Of a stretch of 64,000 bases of DNA, positions 10,606 through 20,905 are shown in pieces (position 1 is the stretch's first letter; each line of letters starts with the position of its first letter). The notes under the pieces are model-generated. The model was not told the origin of the DNA and searched no databases. It saw only the letters and a program-made list of their open reading frames with translations. This DNA is from Thermodesulfobacteriaceae bacterium (GTDB lineage: Bacteria > Desulfobacterota > Thermodesulfobacteria > Thermodesulfobacteriales > Thermodesulfobacteriaceae). The stretch is taken from assembly GCA_025062245.1 (NCBI GenBank), contig JANXAD010000003.1, forward strand, positions 16,476-80,475, in the 5' to 3' direction. Position numbers and translations under genes: made by a program.

Positions 10606-10783
10606 GAAAGGCTCCTCTTTCACTTATCTTAATAAATACCTATTTAGTCAAGGGAGGTTTTTATAACAAAAAAATAAAATCTCCCTCCTTAATTAAATCA
10701 AAAATCTTACATAAAGTCAAAAACTTACACAAAAAGCAAGGGTCTTAGATAAAAAGCTCTTTTTACTTAAGGGGACCCCTGCC

Positions 10784-11006
10784 CTTTAAACAATTCAAAG
10801 CTCTAAAAAATTTAAGACAGAATTCCAGAAAAACCAAGAGAAGGGTATCTCAAGGTTTAGGACTTGGTGAGGAAGTGAAAAGGTAGTAAGAAAAGAGAGG
10901 TAAGACTTTAGTTAAAAACTTTTTAGGAAGTATTGAAATATAAAAAGAAGCAAGAGATTAAATTGGGAGGCAGATAGGAGATAGTAAAGAGAGAATCTTA
11001 GAAAGT
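10784..11006 (+). repeat. Dispersed intergenic repeat family R, copy R2
   Basis: TTTAAGACAGAATTCC...TCTCAAGGTTTAGGACTTGGTGA...CTTTAGTTAAAAACT...ATAGGAGATAGTAAAGAGAGA, colinear with the reverse complement of 59232-59485. Confidence 0.75.
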
Positions 11007-11190
11007 AAAAAAGGATTTCAAGTTAGTAGGGAGTTAAGAGAAGGTTTTAAAAGAATTTTAGGAGGTTTGATTAATATTGAAAATCTTAAAAATGAAATTT
11101 AGAAACACCAAAGGAATTTTTAGACCTAATTTTTCGAAAGGTTCAAAAAATAATACGCAATCTCAGATTCTGTGGTCTCATAAAAAAATC

Positions 11191-11237
11191 TTGACAAAAT
11201 GTTTAAAATAGCCTAAACTTGTAAGCAAGTGCTTACA
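11191..11237 (+). promoter_or_regulatory. Sigma70-type promoter of the RND operon with a palindromic operator just downstream of the -10
   Basis: TTGACA (11191) - 17 bp - TAAACT (11214); perfect inverted repeat TGTAAGCA-AG-TGCTTACA at 11220-11237. Confidence 0.75.
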
Positions 11238-11266
11238 TTTATTAGTTCCTAAAAAGAGGTTTTTAA

Positions 11267-12385
11267 ATGAAAAAGTTTTTTTATTTTTTTATAATGAGTC
11301 TTTCTCTTTTATTATCTTTCTGTAGTTCCTCTAAAAAGGAAACTTCATCTCCAACTTTAACTTTACCAGTTACCGTTTTTAAAGTTCCTGAACCCAAAAG
11401 TATTCCTGTAGACCTTCTTTATCCTGGAAAAACCAAAAGTATTTCTAAGGTAACTGTGACAGCAAGAATTACGGGTTTCTTAGAAAAAATGTATTTTAAA
11501 GAAGGAGAGTGGGTTAAAAAGGGAACTCTTCTTTTTTTGATAGAACCTGAGATTTATCAAGCAGAATACGAAAGTGCTAAAGCTCAACTGGAAAGAGCTC
11601 AAGCTCAATTTGAAAAGGCAGAAAAGGATTGGAAAAGAGTTAAAGCCTCTTTTGAAGACCGAGTGGTAAGTGAAGAGGAAAGGGATAAAGCCCTATCTAA
11701 TTATCAAAGTGCTCTAGCTGAACTTAGAAATGCTCAAGCTCGCTTAAAACAAGCAGAAATAAACTTAAAATATACTAAAGTTTATGCTACAGCCTCAGGA
11801 ATAGTTGGTGAAAGACTGGTTGATGTAGGAAACTTAGTTAGCCCTGGAACTCCCTTAGTTTCCATAACTGAAATTGATCCCCTTTATGTGGAATTTTCCT
11901 TTCCAGATAGAGATCTTTTAAAATTGGAAAGGGAAGTTGTAAAAAAGGGTTTTTCTAAGTTTAAAGGGTTAAAAGTGGAACTTCTTTTAGAAACTGGAGA
12001 AACCTATCCCAAAACAGGGTATATCGATTTTGTGGATAGCTTTATAGATGAAAAAACTTCCTCAGTTAAGGCTCGAGCAGTTTTCCCTAATCCAGAAAGA
12101 AAACTCTTGCCTGGACAATTTGTAAGGGTTGTAATCAAGGGACTTAAAAGAGAAAAGGTGATAGTGGTTCCACAAAAAGCAGTTATGCAAACTCCTCTTG
12201 GAACTACAGTTTATGTGGTAGAAAATGAAAAGGCAATTTCTAAAATAATTAAATTAGGAGAAAGAAGTGGAGAATATTTTGTGGTAGAGGAAGGGCTTAA
12301 ACCTGGAGACCTGGTAATTTTAGATCAACTTATGAAACTTAGACCAGAAGCACCGGTAAAGATTGAAAGGATAGTGGAAGAATAG
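11267..12385 (+). CDS. RND efflux periplasmic adaptor (MFP, AcrA/MexA-like), probable lipoprotein
   Basis: Signal peptide ending in Cys, VTVTARITGFLEKMYFKEGEWVKKG..LFLIEP, helical hairpin, LLPGQFVRV. Confidence 0.93.
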   Translation: MKKFFYFFIMSLSLLLSFCSSSKKETSSPTLTLPVTVFKVPEPKSIPVDLLYPGKTKSISKVTVTARITGFLEKMYFKEGEWVKKGTLLFLIEPEIYQAEYESAKAQLERAQAQFEKAEKDWKRVKASFEDRVVSEEERDKALSNYQSALAELRNAQARLKQAEINLKYTKVYATASGIVGERLVDVGNLVSPGTPLVSITEIDPLYVEFSFPDRDLLKLEREVVKKGFSKFKGLKVELLLETGETYPKTGYIDFVDSFIDEKTSSVKARAVFPNPERKLLPGQFVRVVIKGLKREKVIVVPQKAVMQTPLGTTVYVVENEKAISKIIKLGERSGEYFVVEEGLKPGDLVILDQLMKLRPEAPVKIERIVEE

Positions 12386-12389
12386 CAAA

Positions 12390-15300
12390 GTGATTTCTCG
12401 TTTCTTTATAGAAAGACCGAGACTTTCTGCAGTTCTTTCCATTATTATCTTTTTGATGGGAATTTTAGCTATGCAGGGTCTTCCTATTAAAGAATATCCT
12501 GCTCTTACACCTCCTCAGGTGGTGGTGACTGCAGTATATCCTGGAGCAGATGCAGAAACCTTAGTCAACACCGTAGCCGCGCCCCTTGAAGAAGCTATCA
12601 ATGGTGTTCCTAACATGATTTATATGACAAGTATTGCTTCCTCAAGTGGGATTTTAAGTATTAATGTTTTTTTTGAAGTAGGCACAGATATAAATGTAGC
12701 CAAAATGGATGTAAACAATCGAGTTCAAACAGCCCTTCCCAGACTTCCTGAAGAAGTAAGAAGACAGGGACTTCAAGTGAGAGAGCGTTCTCCTGATTTG
12801 GTAAGTGTGGTTACCTTTTTTTCCGAGGGCCAAAAAAGAACTCCAGTAGAAATTGCAAACTACATCATTTTAAACATACTTGAGGACCTTAAAAGAGTTC
12901 CTGGAGTAGGAGATGTGATAGTTTTTGATGAAAAGAGATATTCCATACGGGTTTGGCTAAAACCGGATAAGTTAGCTAAATTTAACTTAACTCCTTTAGA
13001 GGTCTATTCAGCTATCTCCAGACAAAATCAACAATTTTTTGGAGGAGGAATTGCTCAAGAACCCCTCTCTTCAGAACCTACCTTTTCCTATGTAGTAAAA
13101 GGAGAACCCAGACTTCAAAGAGTTTCTCAATTTGAAGATATCATCCTTCGCACCCATCCCGATGGTTCTGCCCTCAAACTAAAAGATGTAGCTACCATTG
13201 AGCTTTCCTCAGAACACTTTAACCGAAACTCCTTCTTTAAAAAACAACCTGTTATTCCTGTGGGAATTTTTTTAGCCCCTGGAGCTAATGCCTTAGATGT
13301 AGCTAAAAATGTAGATAAAACCTTAAAAGAACTCTCTAAGAGGTTTCCTTCTGACCTCAAATATTTTTATCCCTATCAGCCTACGGTTTTTATAGAAGAG
13401 TCTATAAAAGAAGTCATAATCACCTTTATCATAGCGGTAATTCTTGTAATCTTAGTAGTTTACTTTTTCTTAGGTAGTCTTAAAGCCACCCTTATTCCCA
13501 TTTTAGCTATCCCTGTTTCTATCATAGGAAGTTTCGCCGGGCTTTATGTTTTTGGTTTTTCCATTAATCTTTTAACTCTCTTTGGACTGATCTTAGCTAT
13601 CGGACTGGTGGTGGATGATGCTATCATTGTTATTGAAAATGCAGAAAGAATAATAAGAGAGGAGAGGCTTCCTCCTAAATTGGCCACTATCAAGGCTATG
13701 GAAGAAATAACTAGTCCTATTATAGCTATAGTTTTAGTTCTATCAGCAGTGTTTATTCCTGCTTCTTTTACAGGAGGCTTTACAGGAGTTTTTTACCGAC
13801 AGTTTGCTATTACTATTGCTATTTCTATGGTTTTATCAGGAGTAGTAGCCTTAACCCTAACTCCAGCACTCTGTGCTCTCTTTTTAGAGGAAAAGGAAGT
13901 TAAACCCCTTTTACCCGTAAGAATTTTTCAAAAAATTTTTGAAGCCTCTCGTAAGCTCTTTTTAAAAGGAGCTGAATTCTTTATAAGGTTTTTTCCCATA
14001 GGAGTTTTTATCTTTTTGATTATTCTTCCTCTCACCTATTTTCTGATAAAAAGGCTTCCTACTGCTTTAGTTCCTTTAGAGGATAGAGGGTCTCTTTTAG
14101 TCTTTGGTTACTTACCTCCAGGCTCTTCTTTAAAGAGAACTTCAAAAGTGGTAAGTGAGATAGAAAGTCTTTTAGAAAAAACACCTGAAATAAAAGAGTG
14201 GGTAGCGGTATCTGGTCTTGACTTACAAACCTTTGCTTTTAGAAGTGACGCTTGTGTAGGCTGGATTCGTTTAAAGGATTGGGCTGAAAGAGAAAAAAAG
14301 GAAAGCTCCTCCTTTGCTTTGTCTGAAAGGTTGTCCAAAGCATTGGCTTTTAACAGAGAAGCTTTAATCTTCGTAGTTAATCCTCCTCCTATTATAGGAA
14401 TGAGTATTACGGGAGGTTTTGAACTCTATGTTCAAGACCGAATCGGTGGTTCTATTTCTGATTTAGCTAAGTATGTAAGTGAATTAGTCTTTAAAGCTAA
14501 TCAGAGACCTGAACTTATGGCAGTTCGAACTACCCTTAATCCTAATGTGCCCCATTATAAAGTGACAGTTGACAGAGAAAAAGCTATGGCTTATGAGGTT
14601 GAAGTTGAAGATATCTATAAAACCCTAGCGATGACCTTAGGTAGTTATTATGTAAATGACTTTAATCTTTACGGAAGGGTCTTTCATGTGAATATGCAAG
14701 CAGAAGGTGAATTTAGAGACGATTTAAGAGACTATTCCTATCTTTTTGTTCGTTCTAAAAGGGGTGAGCTGGTTTCTTTAAGTGCTTTAATAAAAATAGA
14801 AAAGCTTTCTGACGCCTTAGTTACTGAAAGATTTAATATGTTTAATGCTGCCAAAGTAACTGGAGAGCCTAAACCTGGTTATACTTCAGGAGATGCTATC
14901 AAGGCTATTTTAGAAGTAGCTCAAGAAGTATTACCTCCTGGTTATACCATTGCTTGGTCCGGGACCTCCTATCAAGAAATGAAAGCTCAAGCTAAAACCG
15001 GTTGGGTTTTAGCCTATGCAGTTCTTTTTATCTTTCTAATTTTAGTGGCTCTTTATGAAAGCTGGACCTCTCCTTTAGCTATTATTTTTTCTGTTCCTTT
15101 TGCCATCTTTGGAGCTTCCTTAGGATTAAATCTTTTCAGACTGGAAAATGATGTATACTTTCAAGTAGGCCTTCTTACCCTTATTGGACTTTCAGCCAAA
15201 AATGCTATTTTAATTGTAGAATTTGCTGAAGAAAGGTTAAAAAAATATAAAATGAGTCTGTTAGAGGCTACCTTAGAGGCTGCCCGACTAAGATATAGAC

Positions 15301-16916
15301 CTATTATGATGACTTCTTTTGCCTTTATAGCCGGAGCTCTTCCGTTGATGTTTAGCAGTGGAGCTGGGGCCAATAGCAGAAATCTGATCGGAACCACTGT
15401 GGTAACCGGAATGCTTTTGGCAACCCTTTTGGGAATCTTTTTTATTCCTCTTTTTTATTACTTAGTGGTTAAAGTCAGAGAAAAATTCAAATTTCCTTTT
15501 AAAACCAATGGAAAGAAACTGTTCTTTCTTATTTTTTTGTTTATCTTTAAGGCTTGTAGTTTAGCACCAGAATTTAAAAAACCTGAAGTAGATTTGCCTT
15601 CTGAGATAAGAGTTCCTAAGGTGGAAAATACTACTTCAGTTAATCTTTACTGGTGGAAGGAGTTTAAGGATCCCTTTTTGGAAGAGCTAATAGAGGTGGC
15701 TTTAAAAAATAACGAAGATCTTCTTATGGCAGGAGCTCGAGTAGACCAAGCTTTAGCCTTACTTCAGGCCACAGAAACTGAGCTTTATCCTTCCTTTTAT
15801 TACTCAGGAGAAGTCCTAAGACAAAGGTTATCTGAGGAGACTCTTAATCCCTTAGGGGGAAGAACTTATACCACCTTTTCTCTTTCTTCGCTGGTTTCTT
15901 ATGAGCTTGATCTCTGGGGAAGACTTAAAAATCAACAAAAAGCAGCTCTTTCTAATTATTTAGCTACTAAGGCTGGAAAAGAAGCTTTACAAATTTCTAT
16001 CATCTCCTCAGTAGCTACTACTTACTTCGAACTTATATCCTTAGAAAAACAAATTAAAATAGCTCAAGATTTTTTAGAAAAACATAGGCATATCTATGAA
16101 TTTAGAAAACTTCAATTTAAAAATGGTCTTATAGATGAACTGGTAGTAAAGCAAGCTAAGGCTGAATATGAAGCTACTCAAATTCTTTTAGAGGATCTTA
16201 AAAATAGAAAGGAAAGAGTGAAAGCTCTTTTAGCCTTACTTACAGGGCTTAGTCCTAAGGAACTTTTTGAAAAGGAGATTAAAATTAAAGAGGAATTTCC
16301 TAAGCCCCTTCCTATTCCTGCTATGCTTCCTTCGGAGATTCTTCAAAGAAGACCAGACTTAGTGGAAGCTGAAGAAAGGCTTAAAGCTGCTAATTTTGAA
16401 GTAGGAGTTGCCCGATCTTTATATTTTCCAAGAATTTTTTTAACTGGAGGAATAGGCTTTCAAAGTGAAGAGTTGGCTAATTTTATCAGGGGTTCAGCAA
16501 CTGTCTGGAACTTAGGAATATCTTTGATAGGTCCACTTTTTGACTTTGGGCGTATTAAAAGTGAGATAGAATTTAAAGAGGCTCAAAAAAGGGAGGCTCT
16601 TGGGCAATATCTTAAAACGGTTAAGACTGCCTTTAGGGAAGTTTATGAAGCCCTTTCTAACTTGGAGGCTTCTTATGAAAAACTTTCTTCCCAAATAGCT
16701 CAAGTTGAAACCTTAGAGAGGGTGTTAGAACTTTCTGAAAAAAAATATACCAGAGGTTTAGTAAATTATTTAGTAGTTCTTGATGCTCAAAGAAATCTTC
16801 TTAAAGCTAAACTTAACTTAGTATCCTTAGAATTTGAAAGACTTAAAAATTATGTCTTTTTGTATAAAGCTTTAGGAGGCGGATGGGATAGATCTCTTGT
16901 TTTCTCAAACTTTTAG
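12390..16916 (+). CDS. HAE1-type RND permease (AcrB/MexB-like) fused in frame to a complete OprM/NodT-type outer-membrane factor
   Basis: MISRFFIERP start; proton-relay motifs VVDDAIIVIEN, SAKNAILIVE, RYRPIMMTS intact. After TM12 a hydrophobic stretch ends in KAC (Cys1056, nt 15555), followed by WWKEFKDPFLEELIEVALKNNEDL, YELDLWGRL, RRPDL..AE and LYKALGGGW. Confidence 0.9.
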   Translation: MISRFFIERPRLSAVLSIIIFLMGILAMQGLPIKEYPALTPPQVVVTAVYPGADAETLVNTVAAPLEEAINGVPNMIYMTSIASSSGILSINVFFEVGTDINVAKMDVNNRVQTALPRLPEEVRRQGLQVRERSPDLVSVVTFFSEGQKRTPVEIANYIILNILEDLKRVPGVGDVIVFDEKRYSIRVWLKPDKLAKFNLTPLEVYSAISRQNQQFFGGGIAQEPLSSEPTFSYVVKGEPRLQRVSQFEDIILRTHPDGSALKLKDVATIELSSEHFNRNSFFKKQPVIPVGIFLAPGANALDVAKNVDKTLKELSKRFPSDLKYFYPYQPTVFIEESIKEVIITFIIAVILVILVVYFFLGSLKATLIPILAIPVSIIGSFAGLYVFGFSINLLTLFGLILAIGLVVDDAIIVIENAERIIREERLPPKLATIKAMEEITSPIIAIVLVLSAVFIPASFTGGFTGVFYRQFAITIAISMVLSGVVALTLTPALCALFLEEKEVKPLLPVRIFQKIFEASRKLFLKGAEFFIRFFPIGVFIFLIILPLTYFLIKRLPTALVPLEDRGSLLVFGYLPPGSSLKRTSKVVSEIESLLEKTPEIKEWVAVSGLDLQTFAFRSDACVGWIRLKDWAEREKKESSSFALSERLSKALAFNREALIFVVNPPPIIGMSITGGFELYVQDRIGGSISDLAKYVSELVFKANQRPELMAVRTTLNPNVPHYKVTVDREKAMAYEVEVEDIYKTLAMTLGSYYVNDFNLYGRVFHVNMQAEGEFRDDLRDYSYLFVRSKRGELVSLSALIKIEKLSDALVTERFNMFNAAKVTGEPKPGYTSGDAIKAILEVAQEVLPPGYTIAWSGTSYQEMKAQAKTGWVLAYAVLFIFLILVALYESWTSPLAIIFSVPFAIFGASLGLNLFRLENDVYFQVGLLTLIGLSAKNAILIVEFAEERLKKYKMSLLEATLEAARLRYRPIMMTSFAFIAGALPLMFSSGAGANSRNLIGTTVVTGMLLATLLGIFFIPLFYYLVVKVREKFKFPFKTNGKKLFFLIFLFIFKACSLAPEFKKPEVDLPSEIRVPKVENTTSVNLYWWKEFKDPFLEELIEVALKNNEDLLMAGARVDQALALLQATETELYPSFYYSGEVLRQRLSEETLNPLGGRTYTTFSLSSLVSYELDLWGRLKNQQKAALSNYLATKAGKEALQISIISSVATTYFELISLEKQIKIAQDFLEKHRHIYEFRKLQFKNGLIDELVVKQAKAEYEATQILLEDLKNRKERVKALLALLTGLSPKELFEKEIKIKEEFPKPLPIPAMLPSEILQRRPDLVEAEERLKAANFEVGVARSLYFPRIFLTGGIGFQSEELANFIRGSATVWNLGISLIGPLFDFGRIKSEIEFKEAQKREALGQYLKTVKTAFREVYEALSNLEASYEKLSSQIAQVETLERVLELSEKKYTRGLVNYLVVLDAQRNLLKAKLNLVSLEFERLKNYVFLYKALGGGWDRSLVFSNF

Positions 16917-16970
16917 GTTAAAATCTAAAGCTACTAAAAAATTAGACCCTTAAAAGGAGGAAGTATTTCT

Positions 16971-18173
16971 TTGAAAGTAAAGAAAATTGTTTTAGCCTAT
17001 TCAGGAGGACTTGATACTTCGGTAATTTTAAAGTGGCTTATAGAAAATTATAAGTGTTCGGTGATAGCTTTCTGTGCCGATCTGGGACAGAAGGAAAATT
17101 GGGAAGAAATTAAGGAAAAGGGATTAAGATGTGGAGCAGAAAGGGTAATTATTAGGGACTTAAAAGAGGAGTTTGCCAAGGAGTATTTGTTTTTTGCTAT
17201 CAAGGCAGGAGCTCTTTATGAAAACTGGTATATGATGGGAACTTCTCTTGCCCGTCCGCTAATTGCTAAAGAGCAGGTAAAGATTGCTAGAGAAGAGGGA
17301 GCAGATGCTTTGGCCCACGGAGCCACAGGCAAGGGTAATGACCAGGTTCGTTTTGAACTTACCTATTCAGCCTTGGCTCCAGACTTAAAAATTATTGCTC
17401 CTTGGAGAGAATGGAACTTTAAGGGAAGAAAGGAACTCATAGAATATGCTCAAAGGCATGGAATTTCTGTTCCGGTAACTTTAGAAAAACCTTATAGTAT
17501 AGATGCTAATTTGTTTCATGTAAGTTACGAAGGAGGAATCCTTGAAGATTTATGGATCGAGCCTCCGGAAGATATGTTTCTTATGACTAATTCTCCGGAA
17601 AAAGCGCCTGACACTCCAGAGTATCTCGAAATTGAATTTGAAAAAGGAGAGCCAGTGGCAGTAAATGGAAAAAAATTAAGTCCTGCAGTTCTTATTGAAA
17701 CCTTAAATCAAATAGGAGGAAAACATGGAATTGGAAGGATAGATATGGTAGAAAACCGGTTTGTAGGTATGAAAAGTAGAGGAATTTATGAAACTCCTGG
17801 TGGGACCATTCTTCATGTAGCTCACAGAGCTTTAGAACAAATCACTTTAGACCGTGAAGTTATGAGAATTAAAGATATGCTTATGCCTAAGATAGCTGAA
17901 CTTATTTATTATGGATTTTGGTTTTCTCCTGAATTTCAAACCTTAAAAACCCTGGTAGAAAAAACTCAAGAAAGGGTAACAGGTGTAGTTAGATTAAAAC
18001 TTTATAAAGGAAATGTGATAGTAGCTGGAAGAAAAAGTCCCTTAAATCTTTATAATCAGGATTTAGTAAGTTTTGATAAAGAGGGAGGATATAATCCTAA
18101 AGATGCTGAAGGATTTATCAGGCTTCAAGCTTTGAGGTTAAAAACTTATTACCTCATAGAAGGGGGAGGATAA
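16971..18173 (+). CDS. argG: Argininosuccinate synthase
   Basis: [45 protein letters not shown]; TTG start after a GGAGG SD. Confidence 0.97.
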   Translation: MKVKKIVLAYSGGLDTSVILKWLIENYKCSVIAFCADLGQKENWEEIKEKGLRCGAERVIIRDLKEEFAKEYLFFAIKAGALYENWYMMGTSLARPLIAKEQVKIAREEGADALAHGATGKGNDQVRFELTYSALAPDLKIIAPWREWNFKGRKELIEYAQRHGISVPVTLEKPYSIDANLFHVSYEGGILEDLWIEPPEDMFLMTNSPEKAPDTPEYLEIEFEKGEPVAVNGKKLSPAVLIETLNQIGGKHGIGRIDMVENRFVGMKSRGIYETPGGTILHVAHRALEQITLDREVMRIKDMLMPKIAELIYYGFWFSPEFQTLKTLVEKTQERVTGVVRLKLYKGNVIVAGRKSPLNLYNQDLVSFDKEGGYNPKDAEGFIRLQALRLKTYYLIEGGG

Positions 18174-18830
18174 ATGAAAATTTTTGTAGATACAGCTAAA
18201 ATTGAGGAAATAAGACAGGTTAAAGAATGGGGAATTTTAGAGGGAATAACTACCAATCCTACTCTTCTTTCTCAAACAGGAAAACCTTGGAAAGAAGCAG
18301 CCTTAGAAATTTTAAGAGAAGTTCCTGATAAACCTGTTTCCTTAGAGGTAATTGCTACAGATTTTGAGGGTATGCTCAAAGAGGCTCGAGAGCTTGCCAA
18401 ATTTGGAGACAATGTGGTTGTAAAGATTCCTTTTACCACCGAAGGAATTAAAGCTGTTAAAGTTTTAACTGCAGAGGGAATTAAAACCAATGTAACCTTG
18501 GTCTTTTCCTCTCTTCAAGCTTTAGTGGCGGGAAAAATTGGAGCTACCTATGTTTCTCCCTTCATAGGAAGATTAGATGATATTGCCTATGAGGGCCTAT
18601 TAGTTTTAGAAGAAATCGTTCATCTTTATGAGATTTATGGAATTGAAACTGAAATTATTGCTGCCAGTGTCCGTAATGTGGACCATGTAAGAAGATGTGC
18701 TTTACTTGGAGTAGACATTGCCACTATTCCTTTTTCAATAATTAAACAAATGTTATATCATCCTTTAACTGAAATAGGATTAAAAAGATTTTTAGAAGAT
18801 GCTAAAAAAGCTAATATAAGCATACTTTGA
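18174..18830 (+). CDS. tal: Transaldolase (small FSA/TalC-type family)
   Basis: MKIFVDTA, GITTNPTL, Schiff-base VVKIP, TNVTLVFS, YVSPFIGR. Phe at this site and Glu in SLEV favour transaldolase over FSA. Confidence 0.9.
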   Translation: MKIFVDTAKIEEIRQVKEWGILEGITTNPTLLSQTGKPWKEAALEILREVPDKPVSLEVIATDFEGMLKEARELAKFGDNVVVKIPFTTEGIKAVKVLTAEGIKTNVTLVFSSLQALVAGKIGATYVSPFIGRLDDIAYEGLLVLEEIVHLYEIYGIETEIIAASVRNVDHVRRCALLGVDIATIPFSIIKQMLYHPLTEIGLKRFLEDAKKANISIL

Positions 18831-19420
18831 TAGAAAAAATTTTAAACTTTGATTATCAATTATTTTATCAAATAAACTATTTTAGAAATAATTTTTTTAA
18901 TTTTATAGCACCTATTCTAACTAATAGTTGGACTCTCTATGGTTTTTATTTTTTAACAAGTTTTTTAATATTTATTAAGTTTAAAAGTTTAAAAAAAGTT
19001 TTTTTGATTTTATGTTTTTTAGGTATTGGTTTTTTGAGTGTAGACTTTATATGTGGAAGAGTTCTTAAACCTATTTTTAATCGAGAAAGACCTTTTATAA
19101 CCCTAAATAATCTTTATTATTATACTCACGGTAAATATATTTTTTTAGAAAAACCTATTTCTAAAAAAAGTTCTTTAAGTTTTCCTTCTTGTCATGCAAC
19201 TAATACAGGATTTGCTTCTTCTTTTTTGACCTTTTTATATCCTCTTTTTGGTGCACTTTGGATTCTATTTGCTCTTTCAGTTGGATGGTCGCGAATCTAT
19301 TTGGGACATCATTTTCCTTTAGATGTCTTAGGAGGTTATCTTTTAGGTTTAGCTTTGGGAATTATTTTTTATTTTCTTATTTTTCCTAATTTTAAAAATG
19401 CTTCCCAAAAACTTAAGTAA
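18827..19420 (+). CDS. PAP2-family phosphatase (undecaprenyl-PP or lipid phosphatase-like)
   Basis: K...RERP, SFPSCHA, SRIYLGHHFPLDV motifs. Confidence 0.92.
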   Translation: MIEKILNFDYQLFYQINYFRNNFFNFIAPILTNSWTLYGFYFLTSFLIFIKFKSLKKVFLILCFLGIGFLSVDFICGRVLKPIFNRERPFITLNNLYYYTHGKYIFLEKPISKKSSLSFPSCHATNTGFASSFLTFLYPLFGALWILFALSVGWSRIYLGHHFPLDVLGGYLLGLALGIIFYFLIFPNFKNASQKLK

Positions 19421-20900
19421 AAAATCTTTTTTAGATTATTTATTTACCTTAGGAAGTTTATTTTTAGTAATTTTATTTTTAGCTAAACTTTTTTACTTAA
19501 AAGAACTCAAACTTCCCCTTTCCTATGATGAGTCCTATTATTGGGATTGGTCTCGTAATTTAGACTGGGGTTATTACAGTAAGCCTCCTATGATAGCTTG
19601 GATCCTTGCTTTATCTACCCATCTTTTAGGAAATTCTGAGTATGCTATAAGATTACCTGCTTTAATTTTTATCACTTTAAGTATATTAGTTAATTATATT
19701 TTAATTTTAAAATACTTTGGAGAAACCTTAGCTCGTTGGACTTTATTTACTCTAAATTTTGTTCCTTTATTTACTATTTATAGTTTTGTTATGACTATTG
19801 ACCCACCTTTAATCTTTTTCTGGTCTCTTTCTCTGTATTTTTTAATCACTTATTTAGAAAATCCAACTTATAAGAGAACCTTTTTAACAGGATTAACTAT
19901 AGGCCTTGGTCTTTTAACTAAACAAACTATGTTTGCCTTTCTGATTTTAACTTTTTTATATCTTTATATCTTTGATAAAGATAAACTTAAATTAAAAAAG
20001 ACTTGGTTAATTTTCCTAATTTCTTTTTTAGTTTATCTTCCTAATATATTATGGAATTTTCAACATGGATTTGTTTTATTTAAACATACTGAAGAACACT
20101 TTAGTAGAAAAACAGTTAATTTTTTTTCTTTTTTTGAATTTTTAGGTGGACTTATCGTTGCTTACTCTCTTCTTTGGTTTCCTCTTTTTGCTTTCTTTAG
20201 TATAAAATATCTTAAACTTTTGAAAAATTTTTTTTTAAAAAAACATTTACCTGTTTTAGAAAAATTTCTATTTCAGTTTAAAATTTTAAATCTTTTTTTT
20301 ATTTTTTCTTTTCCTATTTTAGCATCTTTACTTTTTCTTTCTTTTTTTATTAAAATTAATATAAACTGGATTTTTCCTTTTTTTATATCTGGTTTTCTTT
20401 TTACTATAGTCTTAAGTTTTCAAAAAAATACCACTAAGTTTTTAATGTTTCTAAATGTTTTATTAGCCTTTGTTCTTTCTCTTTTTATTTATATTTTACC
20501 TAAAAATCCAGATTATTTTTCTCCTAAGATTTCAGCCCTATTAAACAAATTTTTGGGTTGGATTCATCTGGCTCAAGAAGTGGAAAAGGTTTATGACGGA
20601 AAAACTCCTTTAGTAGCTTCAAGCAGAGATATAGCCTCATCCTTAGCCTTTTATTTAAAATCCCATCCAGAAATCTATGTGGTTCAGCTGAAAAAATACC
20701 CTGAAAATCAATATCATCTTTGGAAAAAAAGTTCAGAATTAGAGGGTAAGGAAATACTTTTAGTTAAAAAGTGGCTTGATGAACCTAAATATTTGAAATT
20801 TCCCCTCTTGATTAAAACTGTAAAGATTGAAAAGATAGGTAAAGTAGAAAATTATTCTATATGGAGAGGGATTTTAAATTTAGAAGAGGGGAAGAACTAA
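19398..20900 (+). CDS. ArnT/PMT-like glycosyltransferase family 39 membrane protein
   Basis: SYDESYYWDWSRNLDWGYYSKPPMIAW, IDPPLIFFW, GLGLLTKQT; many TM segments. Confidence 0.88.
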   Translation: MLPKNLSKKSFLDYLFTLGSLFLVILFLAKLFYLKELKLPLSYDESYYWDWSRNLDWGYYSKPPMIAWILALSTHLLGNSEYAIRLPALIFITLSILVNYILILKYFGETLARWTLFTLNFVPLFTIYSFVMTIDPPLIFFWSLSLYFLITYLENPTYKRTFLTGLTIGLGLLTKQTMFAFLILTFLYLYIFDKDKLKLKKTWLIFLISFLVYLPNILWNFQHGFVLFKHTEEHFSRKTVNFFSFFEFLGGLIVAYSLLWFPLFAFFSIKYLKLLKNFFLKKHLPVLEKFLFQFKILNLFFIFSFPILASLLFLSFFIKININWIFPFFISGFLFTIVLSFQKNTTKFLMFLNVLLAFVLSLFIYILPKNPDYFSPKISALLNKFLGWIHLAQEVEKVYDGKTPLVASSRDIASSLAFYLKSHPEIYVVQLKKYPENQYHLWKKSSELEGKEILLVKKWLDEPKYLKFPLLIKTVKIEKIGKVENYSIWRGILNLEEGKN

Positions 20901-20905
20901 AAATT

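Noticed and set aside
10467-10667. Additional CRISPR repeat-like strings at 10467 (CTTATTTACCAGGG) and 10639 (CCTATTTAGTCAAGGGAGG)
   Set aside because: Weak matches with wrong spacing (0 and about 25 bp from the accepted repeats); they may be older decayed units but are not supportable.
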